Assembly: GCA_000004985.1 (NCBI GenBank)
Contig: GG738888.1
Length of the DNA: 64,000 nt
Reading direction: 5' to 3' (one strand)
DNA from: Naegleria gruberi
Lineage: Eukaryota
The notes beneath the pieces are model-generated. The model did no database searches. It was given only the letters and a program-made list of their open reading frames with translations, and had not been told where the DNA came from. Every line of letters begins with the position of its first letter. The stretch's first letter is position 1. Below are positions 44,948 to 57,135 of the stretch, piece by piece. The position numbers and the translations under genes were made by a program.

Positions 44948-47839
44948 ATGTCTGACAACGAATCCGACTATGAAGAAGAAAATTACGACGAGGAAGAGGA
45001 GGAAGAAGAAGAAGATAACTATGAACCTGCTCAAAAAAAATCTAAATCATCAAAAAGCATGTTTATTGATGACGCTGCTCAGGAAGATGATGAAGACGAA
45101 GAAGAAGAGGGTGAAGAAGACTTTCACCAACAATATAGAAAGACATCGGTTTCCGATCTTCCACAACCATCTGCACAAAGAAAAAACATTATGGCTGATA
45201 TCGAAAGAAGATATGCAGGTGCTGATGACGAGGATGAGGATGATGAAGTATATAACGATACTGTAAGAATTGCTCAAAAACAACAACCAAATCTTCCAAC
45301 ACCTGAGGATCCAAAATTATTTTTAGTTAAATGTAAACAAGGAAAGGAAAAGGAAGCTGTCATGACATTATTACAAAAACACTTCAGTGTGAAACATTCA
45401 CCAAACAAAAAAGATCGTCTTCTAATTACATCAGCTTTGTTTATTGAAGGTTTCAAAGGAAAGATCTATATTGAAGCTCAAAAAGAAGTTCACGTAAGAC
45501 ATGCTATTGAAGGACTTAGTCATTTGATTTATGAAAGTGGAATTAAACTTGTACCATTGAAGGAAATGCCTGATGTCTTGAATGTGAACCAACTCTCAAC
45601 AAAAATTCAAGATATTTCTGTTGGAAAATGGGTGAGAGTTAAAAGAGGTACATACAAAGGAGATATCGGAAAAGTCCATGATGTGGATAAAGCTAGAGGA
45701 TATTGTGTAGTTGTACTTGTACCAAGAATTGATTATACTGGACAAAGTTCTGGTAAACGTCCACCACAAAGACTCTTTAATAAGGAACTTCTTCCACAAA
45801 CTGAACAAGAAAAAGTTGAAGATGCAAAGGATCAAATTACTTATAGTGTTTATCAAGGAAACAAATTCCATGACGGTTACGTATATAAGCACATTCACTT
45901 AAAGTCTTTGGAAACAAAGGATATCATACCAACTAATAGTGAACTTCAAATTTATTATCAAAATGAAAGTCCAAGTACTGCTATTTCGTTATCAAGAAAA
46001 ACATATTTCAAGAGAGGTGATAATGTACGTGTTATCAAGGGTGAATTGAGAGGAATGGTTGGTCAAATTACAAATATTGATGAAGAATCTCAAGTAATTA
46101 CAATGCTTCCAAAGAGTAATGATATTAACACACCACTTCAATTTACAAGCAATCAACTTCAAAAACACTTTTCTGTAGGTCAATTCTGTAGAGTTGTAGG
46201 TACTGGTAAATGGGAAGGAGAATCTGGTTACATTGTCAGAGTTAGTGAAGATGATGATAGTATTGTCTTGTATAACGAAGTAAGAAGATGTGACATGAAT
46301 GTGTACTCGAATGAAATCCAAGAAACAACTACTGTTGCCTCAGAGAACAAACTTGGTAACTATTCATTATTCGACATGGTTCGTCTTGATTCACAAACTA
46401 TGGGTGTTATTGTAAAATTTGATTCTAATAAGAACACATCTGATGCTCAAGTTCAAGTTGTAGATAATAATGATGTACTAAGACAAGTTAAATTACAAGA
46501 ACTAGGAAGAAAGCAAAATACTAAAGCTGGATACAAAGCTCCTGATAAGAGTAAGCATCTCGTTGGTATTAGTGATACAGTTAAAGTCATTGATCCAACA
46601 TCTGTACATTTTGGAAGAGAAGGCGTTGTTAAGCAAGTTTTTAGAAAATTCCTTTTCTGTTGTTCTATTGATTTAATTCAAAATGCTGGTATTTTTGCAG
46701 TCCCAGCATCTCATTGTGAATTGAGAGGAGCAAGAAACAGACAAATACTGAACTCTCAAACATCTGGTGCTGCTGGTAATACTACAAATAAGAGAGGGTT
46801 CGTATTTACAAAGAGAAGAAGAAACCATCCATTCACAAACAAGACAGCTATTATCACTAAAGGTCCATACAAAGGATACTTGGGTATTGTTAAGGATGCC
46901 ACTGATACCACTGCTCGTATTGAACTTCACTCTCAGAATAAGATTATTAACGTTGATATTTCTTGGATTTCTTTGCAAGACGAAAAGGAAAAGAGAAAGG
47001 ATACTTATCAAACAGTTTCTACACCTTATCACAATTCTGGGGCTGCTACACCATTCATGCCACCTTCAACTCCTTGGGACAATAGAGATTCATCCAAAAC
47101 TCCAATCCATACATCCCTTGGTCATGAAACTCCAATCCATCGTCCAGAAACACCATCCCGTAGTGGTGATGCTTGGAATCCTCGTAAACCAAATACTCCA
47201 ATGCACGATTGGCAAGAAACAACAACTCCAGGAGGTGTACCATCCACTCCACATGATAATTATACAGTCAATACTCCAGGTATTGGCATGAATCCAATCA
47301 CTCCAGCTTACACTCCTGGTGTAGGTGCTCCAATCACTCCTGGAATTACCACTCCAAATACTCCACATGGAGACAACTCATACTCATACCACCCAATTAC
47401 ACCTGGTATTCAAACTCCAAATCCAGTTACACCTCACGAATCTTACAATTCAATTTCAACTCCAGGAGGTGTATTCCAAACTCCAAATCCTGACATGTAT
47501 GGTTATGGTTCAGTTGTTACACCTGGAATGGGACATTCAGTTTCCACACCTTATGGTACACCTGGTATGATGCATCACCCAACTACTCCAGGAATGATGC
47601 ACCATCCAACTACTCCTGGCTTTATTGGTTATCCTGGTATGCACCCAATGACACCTGGTCTTATGAATCCAACTACTCCAGGTATGCATCCAATGACTCC
47701 AGGTATGATGAATCCTACAACACCTGGAATGCATCCAATGACCCCTGGAATGATGCACCCATCCACTCCAGGTATGCATCCAATGACACCAGGTTCAAAT
47801 CCAATTACTCCAGGAAATCATTATGACGATGACGAGTAA
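44948..47839 (+). CDS. spt5: Transcription elongation factor SPT5 (DSIF large subunit).
   Basis: Acidic N-terminus, NGN region, multiple KOW motifs ([48 protein letters not shown]) and a C-terminal TPG-rich repeat region (CTR). The ATG at 44948 is preferred over the track start at 44855. Confidence 0.8.
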   Translation: MSDNESDYEEENYDEEEEEEEEDNYEPAQKKSKSSKSMFIDDAAQEDDEDEEEEGEEDFHQQYRKTSVSDLPQPSAQRKNIMADIERRYAGADDEDEDDEVYNDTVRIAQKQQPNLPTPEDPKLFLVKCKQGKEKEAVMTLLQKHFSVKHSPNKKDRLLITSALFIEGFKGKIYIEAQKEVHVRHAIEGLSHLIYESGIKLVPLKEMPDVLNVNQLSTKIQDISVGKWVRVKRGTYKGDIGKVHDVDKARGYCVVVLVPRIDYTGQSSGKRPPQRLFNKELLPQTEQEKVEDAKDQITYSVYQGNKFHDGYVYKHIHLKSLETKDIIPTNSELQIYYQNESPSTAISLSRKTYFKRGDNVRVIKGELRGMVGQITNIDEESQVITMLPKSNDINTPLQFTSNQLQKHFSVGQFCRVVGTGKWEGESGYIVRVSEDDDSIVLYNEVRRCDMNVYSNEIQETTTVASENKLGNYSLFDMVRLDSQTMGVIVKFDSNKNTSDAQVQVVDNNDVLRQVKLQELGRKQNTKAGYKAPDKSKHLVGISDTVKVIDPTSVHFGREGVVKQVFRKFLFCCSIDLIQNAGIFAVPASHCELRGARNRQILNSQTSGAAGNTTNKRGFVFTKRRRNHPFTNKTAIITKGPYKGYLGIVKDATDTTARIELHSQNKIINVDISWISLQDEKEKRKDTYQTVSTPYHNSGAATPFMPPSTPWDNRDSSKTPIHTSLGHETPIHRPETPSRSGDAWNPRKPNTPMHDWQETTTPGGVPSTPHDNYTVNTPGIGMNPITPAYTPGVGAPITPGITTPNTPHGDNSYSYHPITPGIQTPNPVTPHESYNSISTPGGVFQTPNPDMYGYGSVVTPGMGHSVSTPYGTPGMMHHPTTPGMMHHPTTPGFIGYPGMHPMTPGLMNPTTPGMHPMTPGMMNPTTPGMHPMTPGMMHPSTPGMHPMTPGSNPITPGNHYDDDE

Positions 47840-47892
47840 ACTCTCCAATTTTATTGTTCAATAACTAAGATAATCTAGAATAAATCTTTAAA

Positions 47893-48312
47893 TTAATCAT
47901 CTAATAATAAGGCAGCTTCCAAAGTGTCATATTCTATAAGAATTTCATCATCGTCCAGTTCAATATTGTTTGCTAATTTCTCATTCGTTTCCTTAATTTG
48001 GTTTGCAATTGTTCGTGTAAAAATAAAATCTTCATCTGTAAGATCTGAAATGAATGGCTTCTTTCTTTTCATTAATTCCAATTCATTTTCCACAGTTTCA
48101 TTTGATTTGGTTAATTCTTTTGATTTTTCATCCTCATCACAATCTTTAGACATTTCAAATAAATTTCTTTTATAATCCCTCTTCTCTAAATTCCAACAAT
48201 AATTGGTAGGTTTAGAATTTTGATCACTACTATTGGAAATTATCATTCTTTTAAATATTGTTTCCGAATGATTGATCGAGGCATCCTTTACATTTTGATT
48301 TTTCTTCATCAT
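47893..48312 (-). CDS. Small acidic hypothetical protein.
   Basis: About 139 aa. The first ATG is 3 nt inside the track ORF, whose own start is TTG. Confidence 0.3.
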   Translation of the reverse strand: MMKKNQNVKDASINHSETIFKRMIISNSSDQNSKPTNYCWNLEKRDYKRNLFEMSKDCDEDEKSKELTKSNETVENELELMKRKKPFISDLTDEDFIFTRTIANQIKETNEKLANNIELDDDEILIEYDTLEAALLLDD

Positions 48313-48394
48313 CAACTATGAAATTGCATTCAAAAAAGCCTTTTTATTTCATCTAGCTTTTAAATTTGTTTTTTTGAATTTTTAAAATTAAAAA

Positions 48395-49081
48395 ATGTTG
48401 CGACATAACAATAAGCGAAAGAAGAGAGTATTTATTGACTATTCAAAACGTAAAAAACAAAGATATTTCCTATTGGAATTTATACCCCTTTCTACATATC
48501 ATGATCCACAAGCTCTTGCTCGGAAACAAAAAAATAACGAATTTGAAAAATCATTTATTGGAAATATTACTCCCGATAGAGTTTTAAAACAAATACAAAT
48601 TTTAATTGAGGAATGGTTTGGATTGTATTCACTTGCTCATGCAATGTTTTCTAGGTTTTATCATAAATTTATTTATTTCAATGAAAAGACAGGCTTGGCT
48701 ATTTTGGCTTGTCCACAAAAATTATTTTCCATCATGACAACAGTACTCTCCCTGATGAAAATTTCAACAAACAATGAAGTATATATTTTGAGAACAATGG
48801 CAACAAGTGGATCGATTAAGAAATGTAAGAGAGCTGCTGCTCAATATCAATTAAAGTGGATAAACGAAAAAGGTCAACTTGTTAGTGATATTAAATCATT
48901 CGAAAATATGACACCAATTTCTTTCACTTATAATGAAATGGCAGACGATGAAGAAATAGGACCAAGCTCATCAACATTGGAAAATGAAATGGATGATGAT
49001 GATAATAGAAATAGATTTTTCACTCTCTCATCTACAGAAGCTATTTCAGAATTTATTCAATTATACACAAAGAATAAATAA
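48395..49081 (+). CDS. RNase P/MRP protein subunit POP5-like (Rpp14/Pop5 family), with an acidic C-terminal tail.
   Basis: RYFLLEF start, followed by TGLAILACPQKLFSIMTTVLSLMK and LRTMATSGSIKKCKRAAAQYQ, which are collinear with human POP5 motifs (RYLLCEL..., TGIVLLRCRKEFYQLVWSAL, LHVGGTIRTCQKFLIQYN). Confidence 0.5.
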   Translation: MLRHNNKRKKRVFIDYSKRKKQRYFLLEFIPLSTYHDPQALARKQKNNEFEKSFIGNITPDRVLKQIQILIEEWFGLYSLAHAMFSRFYHKFIYFNEKTGLAILACPQKLFSIMTTVLSLMKISTNNEVYILRTMATSGSIKKCKRAAAQYQLKWINEKGQLVSDIKSFENMTPISFTYNEMADDEEIGPSSSTLENEMDDDDNRNRFFTLSSTEAISEFIQLYTKNK

Positions 49082-49084
49082 TTA

Positions 49085-50398
49085 TTACATTACACAAAAA
49101 AGAGCAGTTCCACCTTTTTCAAATTTTGAAGAGGAAGGCACACCACTGATTGCTGTTCTGCATACAGGACATTGAGTAGCAGTCTGATTTCCAGAGCTAG
49201 CCCATTCAGTGATGCATTGTTCACAGTAAATGTGGTTACAACCCAATTTAACAGGTCTATTAAATGGCTGCAAACAAATACTACATTCAGCTTCGCCCAA
49301 CTCGGTCAATTCAGAAGCTGAAACTGGCCTTCCAAATGGGCAGGTAGGTGAAAAGAGATTCTTACAAGTAATGATCAAGTCAAACACCAATGAGATGGCT
49401 CCTCCAACCTTGAATATTCCATAAATTACAAGAACAATGATTGCAAATATTTGATTATATGAGCCTAATAAATATCTAACCCAAATATTAGGAGGAAGGG
49501 AAATTCTATACAATTGTGTGAATACCTCTACTATGGCCAAAATTCTTCCAACTTGAATTGGCTTTACAAATGAAGGTAATATCACCACTATTAAATGCTT
49601 TAAAAGCATGCCAGTAAATTTTACAATAGTATCTACAACAAAAACAAAGAATAAACAATCAAGAAAGGTAACTAAAACGTCCTTTTCATCAATAATAGTT
49701 GTTGAATATGCCATAAAATTCCAAATTTGATATTGAGAGAAGAATAAAAACATCACTCCAATTGATACTGCAAGAATAAAGCCATTCAATAAAAGAATGA
49801 AAATTTTTCTTGCAGTTTTCAAGCTCACTTGTTCCTTGAGTTTGACATCTGAGCTAATGGTTGTAATAATAACCCAAATTGAGATCAACACGCCAGTATA
49901 GTGCCAATACATTAACAAGGCAAGTGGTAACACAACCAGTGGCAGAATTCTAAACGCGAAAAATGCCAAATCTCTAAAATTGATCTCCAGTCTTCTTCCA
50001 GTAGTTGGTTGAGTATTTGTATTGTTATTTTGAGTTGCATCTCCTCCTTGATTATTACTATTATTTTGATTGGTTTGATTGTTTTGAAATTGTGCTAATA
50101 AACTTGACAAATTTTGTCCACCCAAACTCTGCATTAAAAAATCATTTCTAGAAACATTTAAATTCTGATTATTATTATTAGTGGTCAACACATTCGGCTG
50201 TACAGGATTGTCATCATCCACAACTCGATTATTTAAAGAATCGTTTCCTAATAATGAAGAATGATGCTCATCACCACCATCTGTTGAAGAAGATAAAACA
50301 GGATCGTGATGGTGAGTCATATCATCACCAAGTGCTCCATTCACCGAACGATTTTCCTGCAATTCGTGATTGTTAGCCTCATCATGATGACTACTCAT
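49085..50398 (-). CDS. Multi-pass membrane RING-HC (C3HC4) E3 ubiquitin ligase.
   Basis: C-terminal CSICLQPF...CNHIYCEQCITEW...CPVCR. Several TM helices lie upstream and the N-terminus is N/Q-rich. Confidence 0.6.
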   Translation of the reverse strand: MSSHHDEANNHELQENRSVNGALGDDMTHHHDPVLSSSTDGGDEHHSSLLGNDSLNNRVVDDDNPVQPNVLTTNNNNQNLNVSRNDFLMQSLGGQNLSSLLAQFQNNQTNQNNSNNQGGDATQNNNTNTQPTTGRRLEINFRDLAFFAFRILPLVVLPLALLMYWHYTGVLISIWVIITTISSDVKLKEQVSLKTARKIFILLLNGFILAVSIGVMFLFFSQYQIWNFMAYSTTIIDEKDVLVTFLDCLFFVFVVDTIVKFTGMLLKHLIVVILPSFVKPIQVGRILAIVEVFTQLYRISLPPNIWVRYLLGSYNQIFAIIVLVIYGIFKVGGAISLVFDLIITCKNLFSPTCPFGRPVSASELTELGEAECSICLQPFNRPVKLGCNHIYCEQCITEWASSGNQTATQCPVCRTAISGVPSSSKFEKGGTALFCVM

Positions 50399-50912
50399 TT
50401 TTTTAAATCGTGGTTTGATATTGCATTAATTTAATCACGACATAGGTTGTAAAATATTATATGGAAATGGTAATTTAGTATCATCTTTCTTATTTAATTT
50501 TCTCAATTCTTCATTTGCTTGATCCATACAGTCATTTGCTTGTTCAATATTATTTTCAAACATGTTCATTAATTCACCTTGTTCTTCTACTTTGGATTCA
50601 AAGGCTGTTGAGTAAACTCAGTACTTTTGTAAGATTGGTTAGTTTTCCATTTGAAGAATAATATAAAACCCATCAAGCTTTAAACAAAATCGCCGAAAGG
50701 AATAACCAAAGCCACTACATGGACCAATTTTCAAGCAGTAGATGCATTGGAGGGATATCAGCACAGATTTAAATTCTCCCATTCTGTTTTATAATCGGGA
50801 TTTGATGTTTTCTCTCTCAACAATGTTTTAATGATTCTTTTCTTTGGTGCTGCTAAATCATCAAATAATTTTCGAAACGGTTTTTTTAAAATTTATAATA
50901 AAACACAAAAAA

Positions 50913-52244
50913 ATGTTCAAGAGAGCCTCATCATCACTCCTCCGTTCTGCCTTCACTACCCAACAACAAAGATTCTTCTCTACTCAAAGCAGCCTTTTGC
51001 AACAAAAGATTACTGCTACCTTGTTCCCTGGACACGGTATTGGTAGGTTTACTTTTAGTTTCTAGTTGTATATACATTGTTTTTGTATTATTTGATGTTT
51101 GTGATGGTATTAATATTATAATATTGACAAAACTTGTTCCGTAAATGGATATAATATTGAATCCAAATTAATATTTACTACTATTCAACATATCTATGAA
51201 CATTCAAAATTGACGAACCTTCATCAATCAATTTATTTCAGGTCCTGAAATTTCTGCTGCTGTTGTTAAGATTCTTGATGCCGCTGGTGCTAATATTTCA
51301 TGGGAAACCCACGATATTGGTGTCCCACAACCTGGAAGTGTTGACTTGATTTCTCCAGAAGCTCTTGCCAGTGTCAGAAAGAACAAGGTTGGTTTGAAGG
51401 GTCCTTTGGCTACACCAATTGGTAAAGGATACAGATCTTTGAATATTACTTTGAGACAAGCTTTGGAACTCTATGCCAACGTTAGACCAGCTGTCAGTAT
51501 TCCAGCTATTAAGACTGGTTATCCACACGTTGATGTTGTCGTTGTCAGAGAAAACACTGAAGGTGAATACTCTGGTTTGGAACACGAAGTTGTCCCAGGT
51601 GTTGTTGAATCATTGAAGGTCATTACTCAAAAGTCATCTATGCGTATTGCTGAATATGCTTTCAGATATGCTTCTGAAAACTCTAGAAAGAAGGTCACTG
51701 CTGTCCACAAGGCCAACATGTAAGTTTTTTTTGTTTAACCTTAATTGTAAACTAACTTTAATTTAGCATGAAGATGAGTGATGGTCTCTTCTTGGAATGT
51801 TGCAGAGAAGTTGCTAAGAAATACCCAAATATTAAATACGAAGAAGTCATTGTCGATGCTTGTTGCATGAAGCTCGTTCGTTATCCACAAGAATTCGACG
51901 TCTGTGTCACACCAAACTTGTATGGTGATATTTTGTCTGATTTGTGTGCTGGTTTGATTGGTGGTTTGGGTTTGACACCTTCAGGTAACTTTGGTGAACA
52001 TGCTTCAGTTTTCGAAGCTGTCCACGGTACTGCCCCTGATATTGCTGGTCAAGATAAGGCCAACCCAACTGCTCTCTTGTTGAGTGCTTTGATGATGTTG
52101 AGACACTTGCAAATGCATGACACTGCTGCTCGTATTGAAAAGTCTGTCATGAAGGTTCTTACTGAAGGTAAGGTTTTGACTGGTGACTTGGGTGGCAAGT
52201 CTACTTGTTCTGAATATACCAACGAAATTATTAAGAATCTTTAA
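50913..52244 (+). CDS. idhA: NAD-dependent isocitrate dehydrogenase, catalytic alpha-type subunit (IDH3A-like) in 3 exons: 50913..51042, 51242..51719 and 51767..52244. Introns are 199 nt and 47 nt.
   Basis: Near-identity to IDH3A blocks ([72 protein letters not shown]). The second intron (GTAAGT...AACTAAC...TTTAG) splits the conserved Ile codon. Phases match ORFs 51346..51723 and 51768..52244. A mitochondrial presequence is present. Confidence 0.85.
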
Positions 52245-52358
52245 ATATTAAAACTAATATAATTAATTTATGTAAAAACATTTTTGCAATTATTATTATC
52301 TTACTCTGTAATTACAACAGAGAATAATTATCTCAATTCTTTTAACACAAATTAAAAA

Positions 52359-53450
52359 ATGACAAAAACAGATTTACCAACAGTCACCTCTAGAAAGGAT
52401 GCCAAAAATTCGGAGAGCAATTCCTTTTCACCATCAACACTTTTTAGTATTAGAGAAGTGGCAGAAATGACTGCCTATGGAATTTTCTTTGGAGCTGTAT
52501 ATGGAGGAACACGAGGATATTTAAATATGAGAAATATTAAAATCCCAACAGCAACCCTCGATAAGATGAGAACTAATTTATTCTACAGAAAACAAATGAA
52601 GGAAAAGCAAAATTTAAAGGAAAATCCACCATCACCAAACGAATTTAATCCAAATAAGAGCAGCCAAGATAATGTCAATACAGAATATGATCCACAATCG
52701 ACTCGAGTTGATAGAAAACATATTATTTTGGCTCACTTGTTTCATCAGGCATTTAGATTTGCCACAAATGTTGGATTATTTGCATTCTCATTTTCATCTA
52801 TTGATTTATTATTGAGAAGTAAGAATGTTTTCAATTGTTACTATTCAAACGACGATGAAAAGGACGAAAATTCGCTCAAATATCAAATTCAATCAATTTC
52901 GGGACAAATTGCCAAAGTTACACTCACAGAGGATCAATTAAAAACCATTGAGGAGAATGATTTTTTAAAGGAGAGAGTTAATCAATTGAATATTTTACAT
53001 AAACCAATTGCTGGAACTGTTTCAGGTGGAGTTTTTGGTTTACTGGCATCAGTTCCTAATTTATTTATGGGAATTGGTACAGCTTCTGGAGCTCTTTCAC
53101 TTACTATTGCCTCAATTGGATATGGATTAATATTTGGAACATTATCAGGAATGTGTTTAATACCATTGCAAAGTTTTTATATGGTTGAACGTTTTAAAGC
53201 ATATCAACAAGTTGAAACTAAAAAAGAGGATGAAGTTGAATTGGCTTTACAACAAGAAGAAGATGGTATTGAATCTGAATTATTGAAAGAGATTTCTAAA
53301 AAGTCCAAAGTCAGTCTTCAAGCTTTCATCAATGAAGAAGAAACTTTTTTGAATCAATTAGAGAAGGTTTCTGAAAAGATTAAGGATATTAAATTGAATG
53401 ATGATGAGGAAATAGATATTTCAACAAGACAACAACAAGAAAGGAAATAA
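52359..53450 (+). CDS. Hypothetical membrane protein with a Gly-zipper TM hairpin.
   Basis: 363-aa ORF. Hydrophobic G-rich segments (GTVSGGVFGLLASVPNLFMGIGTASGALSL) and an acidic C-terminus. Confidence 0.4.
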   Translation: MTKTDLPTVTSRKDAKNSESNSFSPSTLFSIREVAEMTAYGIFFGAVYGGTRGYLNMRNIKIPTATLDKMRTNLFYRKQMKEKQNLKENPPSPNEFNPNKSSQDNVNTEYDPQSTRVDRKHIILAHLFHQAFRFATNVGLFAFSFSSIDLLLRSKNVFNCYYSNDDEKDENSLKYQIQSISGQIAKVTLTEDQLKTIEENDFLKERVNQLNILHKPIAGTVSGGVFGLLASVPNLFMGIGTASGALSLTIASIGYGLIFGTLSGMCLIPLQSFYMVERFKAYQQVETKKEDEVELALQQEEDGIESELLKEISKKSKVSLQAFINEEETFLNQLEKVSEKIKDIKLNDDEEIDISTRQQQERK

Positions 53451-53502
53451 ACTTTCAATTTCTTCAACAAAGTTTTTGTAAATTTTACAGTAATTGAAAA
53501 AA

Positions 53503-53981
53503 ATGTCTTCAATTGTTGAATCTATTGCTAGTTATAAAGTAAGCTCCGTACTCAATAAGAATAATAAAGAATTCGGAAAACAATTCCTATTTGATGGAAG
53601 TGATGAAACTTGTTGGAATAGTCATCAAGGAAAACCACAATATATTTATTTGGAATTTAAAGAACCTGTTCAAATCAACAAGGTACATATGGTCTTTCAA
53701 GGTGGATTTGCTGGAAAGGATGGTCAATTCTTGATTGCTAATGGAAATGAAGAATTATCACTCCAATCCGATTTCTATCCTGATGACATTTCAACTGAAC
53801 AGGTATGTTTTGATTATTAAATCATCGGAATGAATATATTGACATGTAAATAATAATAATACATTGATTTGGAATTTAGATATTCGATTTGGGAGCCACT
53901 TGTACCAAATTGAAAATTATTTTCAATGATTCAGCAGATTTCTACGGAAGAGTGACGATTTATAAATTGGATTTTAGTTAA
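53503..53981 (+). CDS. NR2C2AP (nuclear receptor 2C2-associated protein / TRA16)-like small galactose-binding-like protein in 2 exons: 53503..53802 and 53880..53981. The intron is 77 nt.
   Basis: GTATGT...TTTAG intron. The spliced product is 133 aa with the LFDGSDETCWNS...YIYLEF pattern. Phases match ORF 53494..53820. Confidence 0.5.
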
Positions 53982-54135
53982 ATATTCTTCTTATTTTCAT
54001 ATTTATTATTCATGATGGAAATAATTGAAATTCGAATAGGCTTTGAATACGAAATTAACACTTTGATGATGGCCACGTAATTATTCTTGTTGTGGAAATT
54101 ATCTTTGTAACTGTTGGAGGATTTAAAAGAAAAAA

Positions 54136-54885
54136 ATGTCTGCAATAGTTTCCATGTTGGCCGATGTTTTGATGATTGTCGGACCATGTGCTGGTTATAT
54201 TGATCAAATTAGACAATTTGTGAATACTAAATCAAGTGGCGGATTCAGCAAATTCATCAGTTTGATTTTGCTTATTGCTAACATTCTGTATGTTTGATGA
54301 TGATATAATACTCATGTTGGAATTGTTAATATTTCGGATGATAATAGTCGTTGCTTTTTTAGATATTACAAAGAATTTGAGAATGTTCTTCTCTATCAAT
54401 CTATCTTGATGATTGCATGTCAAGTTGTTTTGATTTTCTTCTGTATTCGTTTTCGTTCAACTGAAAATGGAACAATCTTTACCAGCCCTGTCCGTAGTTT
54501 TTGGAATTGGATTAATATTTCTAGTTATTTGACATTCTTGATTCTCTTTTCATTGGTTGTTGGACTTGTTTCATTGATTTTACATCCAATTTTTGGAGAT
54601 TTTTATGGTGAATTACTTGGAGGTGCTGCTTTATTTACTGAAGCTGTTTTGGCTGTTCCACAAGTTTATAGAAATTATAGGGAAGGATCTGCTGAGGGCT
54701 TGTCATGGGTTTTACTTGGAACTTTCTTCCTTGGTGATGCTTATAAGACTGGTTACTTTTATCATAAGGGATTGCCAATTCAATTCGTATTATGTGGTTC
54801 TTTCCAACTCTTTGTTGACTTTGTTCTTGCTTTCCAAGTTTTAACTTACAGGAAAAAGCGTGGTGGAGGATTATTGAGCTATTAA
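54136..54885 (+). CDS. PQ-loop repeat membrane protein (MPDU1/PQLC-like) in 2 exons: 54136..54287 and 54363..54885. The intron is 75 nt.
   Basis: GTATGT...TTTTTAG intron with in-frame joining (CT + A). It has PQ motifs (LAVPQVYRNYREGS) and about 7 TM helices. Confidence 0.6.
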
Positions 54886-54926
54886 ACTTTCATTTATATT
54901 ATCAGTAATAATCATTGTAATCAATT

Positions 54927-56339
54927 TTAATAGAAACATAAAAATTGACCTTGTTCTGGAATGGTAACAGCACAATCAAGTGAAGCTTCCTTAAGTCCAC
55001 TTTGCAATTGTTTTTGAATGAGTACTTGGGCACTTTCACTGAATGTGCTTGTGAAAGTAGGTTTGATATGTGTCACTACAATAGTGAGAGAGCTTAATTT
55101 GTCCCCTTTCAAGTTACTCAACTCTTTCAGTATGAGAACTAAATCCTTTGGTCTCATATGACCGTACAACTCTGAATCTTGAGCTTCATTTGTAAAGCTC
55201 ACCTCAATAATAATTACCCTCAATTTACTAATGTCAACAGCGTTCCACACAGCAGTGATCTTTGATCTCCAATCACAAGAAGAATATGTGTTTGATCCAG
55301 TGTCAGAGAAGAAAATGAGTTGAACATTATCATGTTCAAATAGGAAGGCAGCTGATGGGAGAGAGTGGCAGAGTGAGAAAGATTTCACAGTTGTATCTGA
55401 AAATAAATAATTACTTCCAATAAGTTGGTGGGTATCAATTTTAGGATTAAATGAATTTGGACTCATATAAATTAAATCATTGACATAGTAATTAATATTG
55501 TGTTCAATAGGTTGATATTGATACCATGGTGTGTACTTTGGAATATCTGGCCATACCTTATCATTAAACAAGCTCGAATTAATAGCACTAATAACCTCAG
55601 TAGATGTAATTATCCTCTTACTGGATGGTATTTGATAGTCCTTGGTTGAGGTATCCATAAAGGTTCCTTCAGGTGATGAAATGACCAAGCCAGATAGATG
55701 ATCCAAATGTGCATGTCCAATAAAGTACCCCAAAATGAACTGTTTCATAATATAACCAGACAATGATAAGTAATATTGATTCTTCTCGCTTGTAGTTTTC
55801 AGACTAGACATATCCACAGATGATAACCATGATGGTAAGTTAGGGAATAACAATTTGATAAATGTTTGATTATTCGTCTCACTACTAACAAACTTGTAAA
55901 TTCCAGATAATAGAATTCCAGCATCCAAACTAATGAAATTTCCTCTACTAGAATTTGTTCTCAATAATACATTTGTCAAATCCGATTCCAACAATCCACC
56001 TTCTCTACCAGAAATCACCAATCCAAAAGTACATTTATCATTCAGGGTACTTTTAATTTCATCTTCGGAGGCTCCAGCAGCTGCAGCTGCCTCCATCCCT
56101 AGAGGAATTGCTGTAGCTAAAGTGAAGGCTATTGTAACAATGGCAATTCCTACCAAGCCTAACACCAATATTGCTTTTGATTTCTATTGAGCATAATCGA
56201 TTTGGTGGTTAAAATTATCCACATTTTGATATCAATTATAACAGTCATGATCATTAGATAATAATAACAATCATACATTTTCTTGTTTCCTTCTATTGAG
56301 TAAATGTTCTTCAAATTCCGCATCCTCCAAATCAGTCAT
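54927..56339 (-). CDS. Class II 3',5'-cyclic-nucleotide (cAMP) phosphodiesterase in 2 exons: 56339..56277 and 56183..54927. The intron is 93 nt. It has an N-terminal signal-anchor.
   Basis: Class-II PDE metal-binding signature GHAHLDHLSGLVISSPEG. A short first exon (MTDLEDAEFEEHLLNRRKQEN) is spliced in frame onto a hydrophobic segment. The main ORF lacks an ATG before that segment. Confidence 0.75.
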
Positions 56340-57135
56340 TTTTATTTATTAAATTAATTATCAATCATCAATTCAAACATTTTAATTTATAGATTTATAA
56401 TTTTGACATAACAAACATAAATAATTTTAAACACCAAAGAAAATATATTTATAATATAATATTCTCATCTTTGATCCAATAATTAATACACAATTTTAAA
56501 AAAATGATTGATATTGGTAAGTGGTGGATTTTAATTTTCAATAACTCAATTCGGAATGAGTAGTATTGGCAATTTCAGTGTGTGGTTTAATTGCCTTGAT
56601 GATCACTCCAGTCGATAAGAATACATCACGATTCAAGCATGTAGGTTTTTCAATAGTATTGTTGATTATTGATGCAAAGATTTAAAGTTTAAAAACAAAG
56701 ATCCGATGCAAATTGTCTACATGATTAAAAAGGAGGAAGAAGCTTTGGGAATGCTCACTCATGAATCAATTCCGAATGGAAATGGTAAAATTCAACAGGA
56801 AGATCATCAAATAATTTCATCAAGAATTGGAAATAATCCTTCATCGACTTGGCTTGTTTCACCATCATCAACAGTAACAACCAATATGAATCAAACAACA
56901 CCTATTAATTCTACAAATATGGTTGTTCATTTGATTTCCAATTCATTAACAGGACGATTTTTCAATTACTTTTTAACAACCTTTCAAAGAGTAAGGCAAG
57001 AGAGAAATTTAAGGAGAGGAAATAATGGAAATGAAAAACCTAGTTCATCATTAGTTTATTCTTCGTCGTAATTATATGGGATTATGGTGTGTTTTTACAA
57101 AATTTTAGTGGAATTCTCAAAGTGGAATTTACAAG

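Noticed and set aside
46673-47779. Several ORFs on both strands overlapping the SPT5 CTR (46673..47032, 46767..47291, 47055..47368, 47325..47570, 47537..47779)
   Set aside because: They are alternate-frame and antisense artefacts of the periodic TPG-repeat DNA. The SPT5 frame is the only one with conserved domains.
48316-48400. Possible short intron at the 5' end of the POP5-like gene (AGA|GTATTT...CAAAG)
   Set aside because: The candidate intron is only 35 nt and splicing would break the frame. The unspliced ORF already gives the conserved RYFLLEF start region.
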